A DNA stretch of 64,000 nucleotides from an uncultured delta proteobacterium (lineage in GTDB: Bacteria > Desulfobacterota > Binatia > Binatales > Binataceae), in the NCBI GenBank assembly GCA_963842085.1, contig CAWJET010000002.1, forward strand, positions 160,001 to 224,000, given 5' to 3'. The notes below the pieces were generated by a model that saw only the letters and a program-made list of their open reading frames with translations, was not told where the DNA came from and did no database searches. This document shows positions 36,112-46,377 of the stretch, piece by piece; within the stretch, counting starts at the first letter, position 1; each line of letters opens with the position of its first letter. Both the position numbers and the translations under genes were made by a program.

Positions 36112-37638
36112 CTAAGCCTTCTTCTCCCACCGCAGAATCGGGCGGCGTGCGGCGAGCGCTTCATCCACGCGCGAGACCGGCAAGGTCTGCGGCGCGTTCT
36201 TGACGCGCTGGGGATCGTTCAGCGCTTCGTCGTAAATCCGTTCCATCGCATCGACGAAGCTGTCCAGGATTTGCTTGCTCTCGGTCTCGGTCGGCTCGAT
36301 CATCAGCGCGCCCGGGACCACCAGCGGGAAATAGATCGTCGGGGGATGGATGCCGAAGTCGAGCAGGCGCTTGGCGATCTCGAGCGTGCTCACGTCGGCG
36401 CGCTTTTCGAGGTCGTGCGAGAGCACGCATTCATGCATCGACCATTCCGTCGTCGCGCTGGGGAAGTGCGCCTCAAGGCGTTTGCGAACGTAGTTCGCGC
36501 CGAGGATCGCGAGGCGGCTGGCAGTCGCGAGCCCGTCGCCGCCGAGGGCCAGGATGTAGGCGTAGGCGCGCACGATCATTCCGAAATTGTTGTGATAGGA
36601 ACGCATCCGGCCGATGGAATCGGGCCGCTCGCGATCGAATTCGTAGCCGGCGCTGGTGCGCTTCAGCCGCGGCATCGGCAGGAACGGCTCCAGATGCTTC
36701 TTCACCGCGACCGGGCCGGCGCCCGGCCCGCCGCCGCCATGAGGTGTCGAGAAAGTCTTGTGCAGATTGAGCTGCACGATATCTGCGCCCATGTGCCCGG
36801 GCTTGGCGACGCCGAGCAGGGCGTTCATGTTGGCGCCGTCCAGGTAGAGTATCGCGCCGCGGTCGTGCAGGGCGGCCGCGATCTCCTGGATTTCCGGCTC
36901 GAAGATCCCAAGCGTGTTGGGGTTGGTGATCATCATGGCGGCGACGTCGTCGCTGAGCAGGTGCTTCACCTCCGCCGCCTCGAGGTATTCGCGCCGGTTC
37001 GATTTCGCGACCACCACCTCGAAGCCGGCGAGCGTGCAGCTCGCGGGATTGGTGCCGTGGGCAGTGTCGGGGATGATCACCTTGTGGCGGGTCTCGCCGC
37101 GCTTGCGATGATACCCGCGGACCATCAGGAGCCCCGTCAGCTCGCCCTGCGCGCCGGCGGCAGGATGCAACGATACGGCGTCCATGCCAGTGATCTCGGC
37201 GAGCGCGGCTTCCATTCGCGCGATCAGTTCGAGCGCGCCCTGCGCCAGATGCGCCGGCGTCGCGGGATGGAGTCCCGCAAGGCCGGGCAGAGCCGCCAAC
37301 TCGTCGTTCACGACCGGGTTGTACTTCATCGTGCACGAGCCGAGCGGGTAGAACTCGAGCGCCTGGGCGAAGTTGAGCTGGGAGAGGCGCAAAAAATGCC
37401 GCAGCACCTGCGGCTCGCTGAGCTCGGGGAAGCCGGGGAGATCCTCGCGGCAAAGCTCGGCGCCGATCAGCTCGGCGCCGCGGCGCTCGCCGGCGGTGCG
37501 TGGCGCGAGATCAGTTCCGCGGCGGCCTTCGGATGAAAGTTCGAAAATGAGCGGCACGCCCGCCACCGGCTCGATTCGATCGACGGTCGAAGGAGTTTCA
37601 GGGGCCGGGACTGGTCCGATTCTGCCCGCACTCGCCAT
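36112..37638 (-). CDS. gcvPB: Glycine dehydrogenase (decarboxylating) subunit 2
   Basis: YPLGSCTMKYNP, AHGTNPAS, NLHKTFSTPHGGGGPG, MIEPTETE. Confidence 0.97.
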   Translation of the reverse strand: MASAGRIGPVPAPETPSTVDRIEPVAGVPLIFELSSEGRRGTDLAPRTAGERRGAELIGAELCREDLPGFPELSEPQVLRHFLRLSQLNFAQALEFYPLGSCTMKYNPVVNDELAALPGLAGLHPATPAHLAQGALELIARMEAALAEITGMDAVSLHPAAGAQGELTGLLMVRGYHRKRGETRHKVIIPDTAHGTNPASCTLAGFEVVVAKSNRREYLEAAEVKHLLSDDVAAMMITNPNTLGIFEPEIQEIAAALHDRGAILYLDGANMNALLGVAKPGHMGADIVQLNLHKTFSTPHGGGGPGAGPVAVKKHLEPFLPMPRLKRTSAGYEFDRERPDSIGRMRSYHNNFGMIVRAYAYILALGGDGLATASRLAILGANYVRKRLEAHFPSATTEWSMHECVLSHDLEKRADVSTLEIAKRLLDFGIHPPTIYFPLVVPGALMIEPTETESKQILDSFVDAMERIYDEALNDPQRVKNAPQTLPVSRVDEALAARRPILRWEKKA

Positions 37639-38987
37639 CACCGCACCTCCGCAATTGCCGCCGCAAGCCGGCTGAACTCTTCGCCGCGATTCATCTCGGT
37701 GACTGAAAGCAGGAGCGCGTCGGAAAGTTCGGGATAGTCGCCGCCGAGGGCGACTCCTGCCAGGATTTGCTTGCGCTCAGCCGCTTCCAGAGCGGCCGCG
37801 GGGTTCGCAAGCTTCAACGCGAACTCGTTGAAGAACGGTCCCGAAAAACGCCGGCCGATGCCCGCAGCCTCGAGCACCGCGGCCGCCTGATGCGCCAGCT
37901 CGACGTTTCGCTCCGCCAGCTCGCGGAGTCCAGCCCGGCCCATCAACGAGAGATAGACCGTGGCGGCGAGCGCGCACAGGGAGTGATTGGTGCAGATGTT
38001 GGAGGTCGCCCGTTCGCGGCGGATATGCTGCTCGCGGGTATTGAGCGTCAGGCAAAACGCGCGGCGACCGTCGCGATCGCGAGTCTGTCCGACTAAGCGG
38101 CCCGGCATCTGGCGGATATGGGTCATCCGCGCCGCCATGAAGCCAACGCCGGGTCCGCCGTATTGAAGCGACAGCCCGAAACTTTGACCCTCGCCGACGG
38201 CAATGTCGACGCCGAGCTCGCCCGGCGCGCGCAGCAGACCAAGCGCGATACCCTCGGCAGTGGCGGAGATGGCGAGTGCGCCCGCGCGATGCGTCAGCTC
38301 GGAAATCGCGCCGAGCGGTTCGATTACGCCGAGTGCGTTGGGATAGCCGGTGACCGTGCAGAGCAGGCGATCGTTGGCGATTCGATCGAGCGCGGCGGCG
38401 TCGGTCGCGCCGGTCGCGTCGTCAAACGGAACTTCGACGATCTCGATTCCCTTGAGCGCGCTCAGGTAGGTGCGAATGGTCGCGCGATAGTCCGGCCAGA
38501 GCGCTCGCGAAAGTGCGACGACCGGCCGCTTGGGCATCAGCCGCCGTGCCATCAGAACGGCCTCGGCGGCGGCGGACGCACCGTCGTACATGCTGGCGTT
38601 GGCGACTTCCAGCGCGGTGAGTTGCGTGATCAGCGTCTGAAACTCGAAAATCGCTTGCGTGGTTCCCTGGCTCGCCTCGGCCTGGTACGGCGTATAGCTG
38701 GTGGCGAACTCGGCGCGCGCGATGACGGCGCGCACCGCGGCCGGCACGTAATGGCGATAGTAACCGGCGCCGAGGAAACTGACGAAACCCGAGGCGCCCG
38801 TATTGCGAGCCGCGAGCGCTGAAATCTCCCGGACGACATCCGCTTCGCTGCAGCCGGGGTCGAGGTTGATCGCCGCGCTCGCGCGCAGGTTCGCCGGCAC
38901 GTGCGCGATCAGGTCGTCGAGATGCTTTGCTCCGATCGTTTCGAGCATCGCGGCGACATCGCTCTCTGTATGTGGCATGAATCTCAT
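37638..38987 (-). CDS. gcvPA: Glycine dehydrogenase (decarboxylating) subunit 1
   Basis: FLGAGYY, SYTPYQAE.SQG, NASMYDG, REQHIRRERATSNICTN. Confidence 0.97.
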   Translation of the reverse strand: MRFMPHTESDVAAMLETIGAKHLDDLIAHVPANLRASAAINLDPGCSEADVVREISALAARNTGASGFVSFLGAGYYRHYVPAAVRAVIARAEFATSYTPYQAEASQGTTQAIFEFQTLITQLTALEVANASMYDGASAAAEAVLMARRLMPKRPVVALSRALWPDYRATIRTYLSALKGIEIVEVPFDDATGATDAAALDRIANDRLLCTVTGYPNALGVIEPLGAISELTHRAGALAISATAEGIALGLLRAPGELGVDIAVGEGQSFGLSLQYGGPGVGFMAARMTHIRQMPGRLVGQTRDRDGRRAFCLTLNTREQHIRRERATSNICTNHSLCALAATVYLSLMGRAGLRELAERNVELAHQAAAVLEAAGIGRRFSGPFFNEFALKLANPAAALEAAERKQILAGVALGGDYPELSDALLLSVTEMNRGEEFSRLAAAIAEVR

Positions 38988-39039
38988 GGAATCAACTTGT
39001 CCTCCGCCCGGCTCCGCCGCCACTTAACCCGTAATTCAA

Positions 39040-40170
39040 TCATACGCGCGCAGTTGATGCCGCAAATGGCTCAGCGTGCCTGTAGAACGGGCGCGGCACG
39101 ATGGTCGCGCGGGTTTTGCGCTCGCGAATTTCAACTTCGAGCGACTCGCCCACGCTCGGATTCTTCGCACCTTCGACCGCGAGATACGCCATCGCGATCG
39201 GTCGTTGAAGCGACGGCGCGAACGTCCCGCTCGTCACGACGCCGGCCTCGTTGCCTTTCCGAAATACGCGGTAGCCCTGGCGTGCGACCATCCGGCCGTC
39301 GTCGGTCTGCAGCCCGACCAAGGTTTTCTTCAATCCTTGTTCGCGTTGCGCGGTAAGCGCCGCTGCGCCGATAAACGGACGCCCCAGCCTGACGAAAGCC
39401 CCCAGGCCCGCCTCGAGCGGCGACGAGTTGCGATCGAGTTCGTGGCCATAGAGCGCCAGGCCTGCTTCGAGCCGCAGCGTGTCGCGCGCGCCCAGCCCGA
39501 CCGGCTTGGCATCGGCGGCAGCGCCGGCGTCCAGAATAGCCTCGAACAAATCGCGCGCGCCGTCGTTTTCCACGAACAACTCGAAGCCGTCTTCGCCGGT
39601 GTAACCCGTGCGGGCAGCAACGCAGCTGATTCCCGCGACCGTTCCTTCCGCGACGCCGAAGCGCGCGACGTCGGCGATAGGAAAATCCGCCAGCGTCGCC
39701 AATATCGCGACTGCCACCGGCCCCTGGACTGCGACCAGCGCAGTGGCGTCGCTCACGTCCTCGAACTTCGCGCGCCCGCCGTTGAGTTGCGCGAGCCATT
39801 CGCGATCCGTCTCGATGTTGGATGCGTTGACGCAGAGCATGTAGCGTTCCGGGCCGAGGCGATAAACGATCAGGTCGTCGATAGTGCCGCCGTCGTCCGC
39901 GCACATGATCGTGTACTGCGCGTGGCCAAGCTTGAGCCGCGACGCGGAATTGGTGAACACGCGCTCGAGCGTCGCGAGTGCGTGCGGCCCACTGATTTCA
40001 AACTCGCCCATGTGACTCAGATCGAAAATTCCCGCCGAATTGCGGACCGCAAGATGCTCCTCGATGATCCCGCCGTAACTGACGGGCATCTCGAAATCAC
40101 CGAAGACCGTCATCCGCGCGCCGAGTTTCTGGTGAAGGTCGAACAGGACAGTGCGCTTGGGCGCATTCAT
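39040..40170 (-). CDS. gcvT: Glycine cleavage aminomethyltransferase T
   Basis: FDLSHMGE, RTGYTGEDGFE, GLGARDTLRLEAG. Confidence 0.97.
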   Translation of the reverse strand: MNAPKRTVLFDLHQKLGARMTVFGDFEMPVSYGGIIEEHLAVRNSAGIFDLSHMGEFEISGPHALATLERVFTNSASRLKLGHAQYTIMCADDGGTIDDLIVYRLGPERYMLCVNASNIETDREWLAQLNGGRAKFEDVSDATALVAVQGPVAVAILATLADFPIADVARFGVAEGTVAGISCVAARTGYTGEDGFELFVENDGARDLFEAILDAGAAADAKPVGLGARDTLRLEAGLALYGHELDRNSSPLEAGLGAFVRLGRPFIGAAALTAQREQGLKKTLVGLQTDDGRMVARQGYRVFRKGNEAGVVTSGTFAPSLQRPIAMAYLAVEGAKNPSVGESLEVEIRERKTRATIVPRPFYRHAEPFAASTARV

Positions 40171-40278
40171 CAGCGGCAAGATTGTAACAGACCGTTTTGG
40201 GCCGAACGAGACGACCGCGCGCGATCTGCCAACAACCGCCCGGCTTCTGTCCACAGCGCCTTGCTCGCCGCGACCCGG

Positions 40279-40287
40279 TGCTATAAT
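40279..40287 (+). promoter_or_regulatory. Extended -10 promoter element for folD
   Basis: TGCTATAAT lies 13 nt upstream of the folD ATG. Confidence 0.55.
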
Positions 40288-40300
40288 CGACTGATACCCG

Positions 40301-41203
40301 ATGGCTGCGATCATCATGGATGGCCGGGCGCTGAGCGCGCATCTGATGCCGGAGTTGCGCGCCAACGTTGACGAGCTCAAGAGCGAATTCGGATGCACGC
40401 CGTCGCTGGCGGCGATCCTGGTCGGTGACGATCCCGCGTCGCGTCAATACGTAAAGAATAAGCAGCGCATGGCTGGCGAACTTGGGTGCGACAGCCGCAC
40501 GCTGCGGATGCCGTCGTCGCAAGCGACCACCGATGCGTTGCTCGGCGTGATCGAGGAACTCAATGCCGACGCGCGCGTCAATGCGGTATTGCTACAGGTG
40601 CCGCTGCCCGATTCCGTCGATCGCTTTCGCCTGTTCGACGCTATCGCGCCCGAGAAGGATCTCGACGCCATCGGCTCAGCCAGCGTCGGCGGCTTTTACC
40701 GCGGTCAGTGGGGACGCTTTATTCCGTGCACTCCGCGCGGTGTGCTCACGCTGCTCGACTACTACCGGGTGCCCGTCGACGGTGCGCGCGCCGTGGTTAT
40801 CGGGCGCAGCGACGTTGCCGGCAAGCCGACCGCGCTGATTCTCGGCGGTCGGCTGCGCAATGCGACCGTTACGTGGTGCCATCGCCACACCCGCGATCTC
40901 GCCGCGATATGCCGCGAGGCCGACCTGCTCATTCCGTGCGTCGGCGCCGACACCGGCCGGCCCTATCTGATAACCGCGGATATGGTGAAGCCGGGTGCAT
41001 GCGTGATTGACGTCGGTTTCAGGCGGGTCGGTCCCGGCAGGTTCATCGGCGATGTGGATTTCGAGGCCGTCAAGGAAGTCGCCGGGTGGCTTACGCTCAA
41101 TCCCGGTGGCACCGGTCCCATGACCGTGCTTGCCCTGATGCAGAACCTGATTGACGCCACCCGCTACCAGCTGGGACTACAGCGCGCCGTTTATTCCGTC
41201 TGA
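40301..41203 (+). CDS. folD: Bifunctional methylene-THF dehydrogenase/cyclohydrolase
   Basis: VGDDPAS..YV..K, LLQVPLP, PCTPRG, GRSDVAGKP, IDVG, PGGTGPMT. Confidence 0.95.
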   Translation: MAAIIMDGRALSAHLMPELRANVDELKSEFGCTPSLAAILVGDDPASRQYVKNKQRMAGELGCDSRTLRMPSSQATTDALLGVIEELNADARVNAVLLQVPLPDSVDRFRLFDAIAPEKDLDAIGSASVGGFYRGQWGRFIPCTPRGVLTLLDYYRVPVDGARAVVIGRSDVAGKPTALILGGRLRNATVTWCHRHTRDLAAICREADLLIPCVGADTGRPYLITADMVKPGACVIDVGFRRVGPGRFIGDVDFEAVKEVAGWLTLNPGGTGPMTVLALMQNLIDATRYQLGLQRAVYSV

Positions 41204-41298
41204 AACGTCCGGCGAGAGCGCGGTCGTATTGCTTTGCGCAATCTCTGACTTTCCCGTAGATTTGCAAATTGCAGTAAATAGACCGTCCGCGCACTCGA

Positions 41299-43362
41299 AT
41301 GGCATCACCCACAAGCGGCTCGAAGACCACCAGCTCGAACGGAGAAAGATCGGGCAAGCGGACGCTCAGCGACGTGCTTATCGGGCCGCCGCGAGACGTG
41401 CGCGATCCCAAGATCTTCCACAGTCTTTCTCTGGTCGCATTCCTGGCGTGGGTAGGCTTGGGCTCTGACGGCTTGAGTTCGTCGTGCTACGGTCCCGAGG
41501 AAGCGTTCCTCGCGCTCGGTCACCATCAGTACCTGGCCGTGTTCCTGGCGATGCTGATGGCGCTGACCGTCTTCATTATCTCGGCGTCATATTCGCAGAC
41601 GATCGACCTGTTTCCGACCGGTGGCGGCGGTTACCTGGTTGCAACCAAGCTGCTCGGCAAGTACTTCGGCCTGGTTTCCGGATCGGCGCTGGTCGTCGAC
41701 TACGTGCTGACTATTTCGATTTCAATCGCGAGCGGCGCCGACGCGATTTTCAGTTTCCTGCCCATCTCGTGGCTACCCTTCAAATTCTGGCTGTGCCTTC
41801 TGGTCGTGGTGTTGATGGTGCTGATGAACCTGCGCGGGGTGAAGGAGTCGGTACTATCGCTGCTGCCGATCTTCCTGGCGTTCATCGTGATGCACGTGTG
41901 GCTGGTCGGCTATGCGATTCTCAGCCGCGCGCCGGAGCTGCCGTCAATCGTCGGCGACGCCGTCCGCGAGGTCCACACCAGCTCCCAGAGCCTCGGGATG
42001 TTAGCGCTCGCGGTGATTTTCTTCCGCGCCTACAGCCTTGGCGGCGGCACCTACACGGGAATCGAGGCGGTCAGCAACGGTCTGCCAATTCTGCGCGAGC
42101 CGCGCACGGTGACCGGCAAGCGCACCATGATCTACATGGCGATATCGCTCGCCTTCGTAGCGGGCGGAATTCTGCTCGGCTACCTGCTGCTCAACGTCGA
42201 GGCTGAGACTGGCAAGACCCTTAATGCCGTCATGTTCGGTCGGCTGGCTGACAACTGGCAGATATTCGGGTGGCAGGTCGGGCCATGGATAGTCACCTTC
42301 GCGCTGATAACCGAGGGCGCTCTGCTGTTCGTCGCCGCGCAGACTGGTTTCGTGGACGGACCGCGCGTGCTGGCCACAATGGCGTCCGATCGATGGCTGC
42401 CACGACGGTTCGCAAACCTGAGCGCGCGACTGGTGACGCAGGACGGCGTCATCACAATCGGGCTCGCCGCCATCATGATTCTGATCGGCACCGAGGCGAA
42501 GGTCGAGGTGCTGGTCGTCCTGTATGCGATCAACGTCTTCGTGACGTTCACGCTCTCGCAGCTCGGAATGACGACGCACTGGTGGCTCGAGCGCAAGAAC
42601 GAAAAGCGATGGCTCCGCAAGTTGATCATCAATGGCGTCGGCACGCTCTTCACCGCGACGATCCTGGTGATCACGCTGACCCTCAAGTTCTACGAGGGGG
42701 GATGGATAACGGTGGTTATCACCGGCGGCCTGATCGCGCTGTGTTTCATGGTGAGGCGGCACTACGAACAGGTTTCGAAGGCGATCGAACAGCTCGAGGC
42801 CGACATCCTGCCGAAACTGTACGCGGTCACAAAACTCGAACCGGCCAAGCGCGATCCGGACGCGCCGACCGCCGCCATCCTGGTCAGCGGCTACAACGGT
42901 CTCGGGCTGGCGACGCTCATCGCGGTTACCCAGTTGTTCAAGGGCGAGTTCCACAACGTGGTCTTCATCGGCGTCGGTGAAGTGGATGCGGCGCTGCTCA
43001 AGGGTCCCGAAGAAGTGCACGAGCTCGAGACGCGGATGGTGGAAGACCTGAACGAGTACTGCCAGTTTGCCGCCGACCTCGGGATTCATCCAGAACTGCG
43101 CGCCGGTCTGGCGCCAGACGTCGTCGCCGAGTTGCGCCGGCTATGCCTCGAAGTCGCGCATGAATTCCCGCACGTCGTGTTCTTCGCCGGCAAGCTCATC
43201 TTCTCCGACGAGCTCGAGGGATTTATCGGCCGCTTCCTGCACAATCACACTTCGGTCGAGCTCCAGAACTGGCTGCAGCTCTACGGATACAGTCTGGTGA
43301 TTCTGCCGATCCGCGTCGGCGCGGGCTCGATGGCGATTCCGGCCACCTCGCAGGCAGCATAA
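41299..43362 (+). CDS. APC-superfamily transporter, KimA/YdaO-like (possible K+/H+ symporter)
   Basis: SDGLSSSCYGPEE, GGGGY, VDYVLT, TGIEAVSNG, LYAINVF and a cytoplasmic C-terminal domain. Confidence 0.85.
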   Translation: MASPTSGSKTTSSNGERSGKRTLSDVLIGPPRDVRDPKIFHSLSLVAFLAWVGLGSDGLSSSCYGPEEAFLALGHHQYLAVFLAMLMALTVFIISASYSQTIDLFPTGGGGYLVATKLLGKYFGLVSGSALVVDYVLTISISIASGADAIFSFLPISWLPFKFWLCLLVVVLMVLMNLRGVKESVLSLLPIFLAFIVMHVWLVGYAILSRAPELPSIVGDAVREVHTSSQSLGMLALAVIFFRAYSLGGGTYTGIEAVSNGLPILREPRTVTGKRTMIYMAISLAFVAGGILLGYLLLNVEAETGKTLNAVMFGRLADNWQIFGWQVGPWIVTFALITEGALLFVAAQTGFVDGPRVLATMASDRWLPRRFANLSARLVTQDGVITIGLAAIMILIGTEAKVEVLVVLYAINVFVTFTLSQLGMTTHWWLERKNEKRWLRKLIINGVGTLFTATILVITLTLKFYEGGWITVVITGGLIALCFMVRRHYEQVSKAIEQLEADILPKLYAVTKLEPAKRDPDAPTAAILVSGYNGLGLATLIAVTQLFKGEFHNVVFIGVGEVDAALLKGPEEVHELETRMVEDLNEYCQFAADLGIHPELRAGLAPDVVAELRRLCLEVAHEFPHVVFFAGKLIFSDELEGFIGRFLHNHTSVELQNWLQLYGYSLVILPIRVGAGSMAIPATSQAA

Positions 43363-43371
43363 TCGCGGCGG

Positions 43372-44862
43372 TCATTTGACCGTCGGCGTGATCCGGTAGA
43401 ACGCGAGACGTTCGGAGCGGTATTTCTCGACCACTCTAAAGCGCTTTGGGTCGGGGAGTTCGGAGTTTACCGCGTAGCCTTCCTTCCAACTGACCAGCCA
43501 TCCGCCGCCGGCCGATGACACCCGTTCCTCAATAGTCTTTCGCGCGACCGCGGGATCGAATCCCGGAATAGCTATTCGCGGATTGGCTCCCTTGAAGTAG
43601 TAGTTGAAAGCAATCGAGTAGTAACCGAACGGAAAGCCCCCATTTGGGACGTTCGCCGTGCTTGCGTTGGAAACGAAGCCAGCTTCGAAGAAGACCGGAT
43701 CTGATGCCCCTCCGGCCGTTACCTGCGCGGCCAGATCTCGCCATGGCTGAGGCTGAGGCCGGTCGAACGGCAGGACAATCAGGCATGCCAGCACCAAGCC
43801 GGCGGCCAGGAGATTGCGCCACTTCGTGCTCCAGGCGCCGACCGACGCCGCAATCAACAACGACGATGCCGCGATCCCCGGCGCAAGGTAGCGCGGATTG
43901 AACATCGGGTGCAGGATCACCGACCCGAGGATGAATGCCAGCGCCGGCAATCCGATCCATGCCACCAGCAGCCGAATCGGTTCGTTGTCATCGCGTTCCA
44001 CAGCGCGGCCGAATACCAGCCACAAAGTTACCAAAGCCGCGGCTAGCGCGGCTGCCATTTTAAGCGCAAGCGGGTAGTTGTGAGCCGGACCCAGGTAGTC
44101 CAACCATTGCCCATAAATCATTTGCTGGCTTTGTCGAATGGCGTAGGGCAGGTAGGGAACGAACAAGACACCGGCGAAAATCAGCGCCATCCACGCCATG
44201 ACATCGCGTCTGCCGCGCGCCAGATCGCGCAGCAGTATTGCGGTCTCCGCACCCAGGATCATCAACCCGGCCATGTGCGTATAGGGCATCGCGGCGCCGA
44301 GAATCCCGCAGACCACCGCGCTCCCGACACCGGGCCGGGACCGCACTCGCAGCAGCATCAGCAGATGTGCGAGCGCGAGCGCGATGAACATCGGGTACAT
44401 TCGCGCCGTATGCGCGAACACCACCGCGAGCGGGTTGAATGCCCACATCGCGGCCGCCGCCAGTGCCGTGCTCTCATCGAACATTTCGCGTCCGAGCAGG
44501 AACACCAGCATCAGCGCCGCCAGCGAAAGGGCAACCGACATCGAGCGCAGTGCAATCTCACTCAGCCCGAAAATCCTGGTGTAGTAGTGCAGTGCGCCGT
44601 AGTAGAACAGAAATTTTCCGGGCTCTTGCAGCACCGGCGTTCGCAGGATTGCGCCGATTCCAGGCTTCGCCGCCGACCATGCGCTGAACGCCTCGCTCGC
44701 ACCGAGCGCGTCGGTACCAAGTCGAAACGAGTATATGAGTGCCGCGAAAACAAAGACCGCTGCGAACAGTTGTATCGGCCGCCGCGACCACAACCCCCGC
44801 CGCGACGGTTCTGCCCGCGGTGACGATTCGAAGGTAGCCGAATCTGCCTGCCTCATCTCCAC
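43372..44862 (-). CDS. GT-C fold glycosyltransferase (family 39 / ArnT-like)
   Basis: SEAFS, FGLSEIALR, ARMY, YTH and RYL motifs in a multi-TM protein. Confidence 0.85.
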   Translation of the reverse strand: MEMRQADSATFESSPRAEPSRRGLWSRRPIQLFAAVFVFAALIYSFRLGTDALGASEAFSAWSAAKPGIGAILRTPVLQEPGKFLFYYGALHYYTRIFGLSEIALRSMSVALSLAALMLVFLLGREMFDESTALAAAAMWAFNPLAVVFAHTARMYPMFIALALAHLLMLLRVRSRPGVGSAVVCGILGAAMPYTHMAGLMILGAETAILLRDLARGRRDVMAWMALIFAGVLFVPYLPYAIRQSQQMIYGQWLDYLGPAHNYPLALKMAAALAAALVTLWLVFGRAVERDDNEPIRLLVAWIGLPALAFILGSVILHPMFNPRYLAPGIAASSLLIAASVGAWSTKWRNLLAAGLVLACLIVLPFDRPQPQPWRDLAAQVTAGGASDPVFFEAGFVSNASTANVPNGGFPFGYYSIAFNYYFKGANPRIAIPGFDPAVARKTIEERVSSAGGGWLVSWKEGYAVNSELPDPKRFRVVEKYRSERLAFYRITPTVK

Positions 44863-44980
44863 CCCGCTTCGCGCAACGACATACTAGCGAATTTTGCGTG
44901 TGCGATCGTCATCTGTTTACGCGCGCTTGAGCGCGGTCCATTGACTATCACTCTTCGTGCTGGCGTAAGTGTTCAGAGTC

Positions 44981-46372
44981 ATGTCCGAGTTTCTCGAGGC
45001 GGCTCCCGACGTCGGTGCGCGGAGCGGGGTCGCGATGACCCTGCCACCGATCGAACAGATCCGCTTCGAGGTATGGGCCCTCGCGTGGCCGGTGATTCTG
45101 TCGTTCGGGCTCGATTCGATTCTCGGTCTCGCTTCGATGCTGATGGTGGGACGGCTCGGCGCTGACGCGGTTGGCGCGGTCGGACTCGCCACGCAAATCC
45201 TCGGTGCGGTGCGCGCCGGTATCGCGGCGGTTGGAACCGGCACGGTCGCGCTGGTTGCGCGTTATATTGGTGCGAACGATCGCGACAGTGCCGAGCACGT
45301 GCTGAAGCAGTCCGTCGTTTTCGGCGTGTTGGTTTCGACGGTCATCGCCATCCCGGTGATAATGTTCGCGCATCCGCTGATGGGCTTGTTCCAGGTCAGA
45401 GGCGAGATGGCCGACATGGGCGCGCGCTACCTGCAGGTCGTGATGCTTTCGGAGCCGTTCCAGGGAATCTTCCTGATGTGTGCGGCGGCGTTGCGCGGCG
45501 CTGGTGATACACGAACGCCGCTCTGGATCGGCGGTATTATCGACGTGCTCGCCATCTTCCTCAACTACGTGCTCATCTTCGGCAAACTCGGGTGTCCTGC
45601 GCTGGGGGTGGACGGCTCGGCCGTGGCGACTTTGCTCGCGATCGCCTTCGGCGGGGTGTTATTCTTCTACGCGCTGTCGATCGAAGGGATGGTGCTCAAT
45701 TTACGCTGGCAGCGGCTATGGCCTGACTTCGGCCTCGGTCGGCGAATTCTCAGCGTCGGCAACCCCGCCGCCATCGAACAACTGCTGATCCAGTTCGGCT
45801 TTGTCGCCTACGTCGGCTTCGTCGCGCGTTACGGCGCCAAGGAGATCGCCGCATATTTCATCGGTGTACGAATCCTGTCGCTGTCATTTCTACCCGGCTT
45901 CGGGTTCTCGGCCGCTTCCGCGACTCTGGTCGGCCAGGGCCTCGGCGCGCGCGACCCGAAGTTCTCGCGCAAGGCCGGATGGGAATCGACCGGGATGGCG
46001 ATAGTGCTGATGACCGCATTGGGCGTGGTGTTCATCGTCTTCGCGCATTGGATCGCAGCGCTCTTCATCGACGACAAACAGGTCATCGAATACACCGTGC
46101 AATTCATGTACGCGCTCGCGGCCGCGCAACCGCTGATGGCGATCGATTGGACGATCACCGGCGCACTGCGCGGCGCGGGCGACTCGCAGTTTCCGCTCTA
46201 CGGTTCGCTCGCGGGCTTCTACGGGATGCGGCTCTTTCTGACGATTCTAATTTGGTACCACAGCGGCAGCATCATTTATATCTGGTGGTCTCTGCTCGCC
46301 GACTACGTCGTCCGCTCGATGGTAAAAGTCTGGCGCTTCCAGACCGGCCACTGGGAAACGATCGAAGTCTGA
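44981..46372 (+). CDS. MATE family efflux transporter
   Basis: LAWPV, MVGRLG, LRGAGDTRTP, LNYVLIFG, GQGLGA, second LRGAGD. Confidence 0.93.
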   Translation: MSEFLEAAPDVGARSGVAMTLPPIEQIRFEVWALAWPVILSFGLDSILGLASMLMVGRLGADAVGAVGLATQILGAVRAGIAAVGTGTVALVARYIGANDRDSAEHVLKQSVVFGVLVSTVIAIPVIMFAHPLMGLFQVRGEMADMGARYLQVVMLSEPFQGIFLMCAAALRGAGDTRTPLWIGGIIDVLAIFLNYVLIFGKLGCPALGVDGSAVATLLAIAFGGVLFFYALSIEGMVLNLRWQRLWPDFGLGRRILSVGNPAAIEQLLIQFGFVAYVGFVARYGAKEIAAYFIGVRILSLSFLPGFGFSAASATLVGQGLGARDPKFSRKAGWESTGMAIVLMTALGVVFIVFAHWIAALFIDDKQVIEYTVQFMYALAAAQPLMAIDWTITGALRGAGDSQFPLYGSLAGFYGMRLFLTILIWYHSGSIIYIWWSLLADYVVRSMVKVWRFQTGHWETIEV

Positions 46373-46377
46373 AATTT

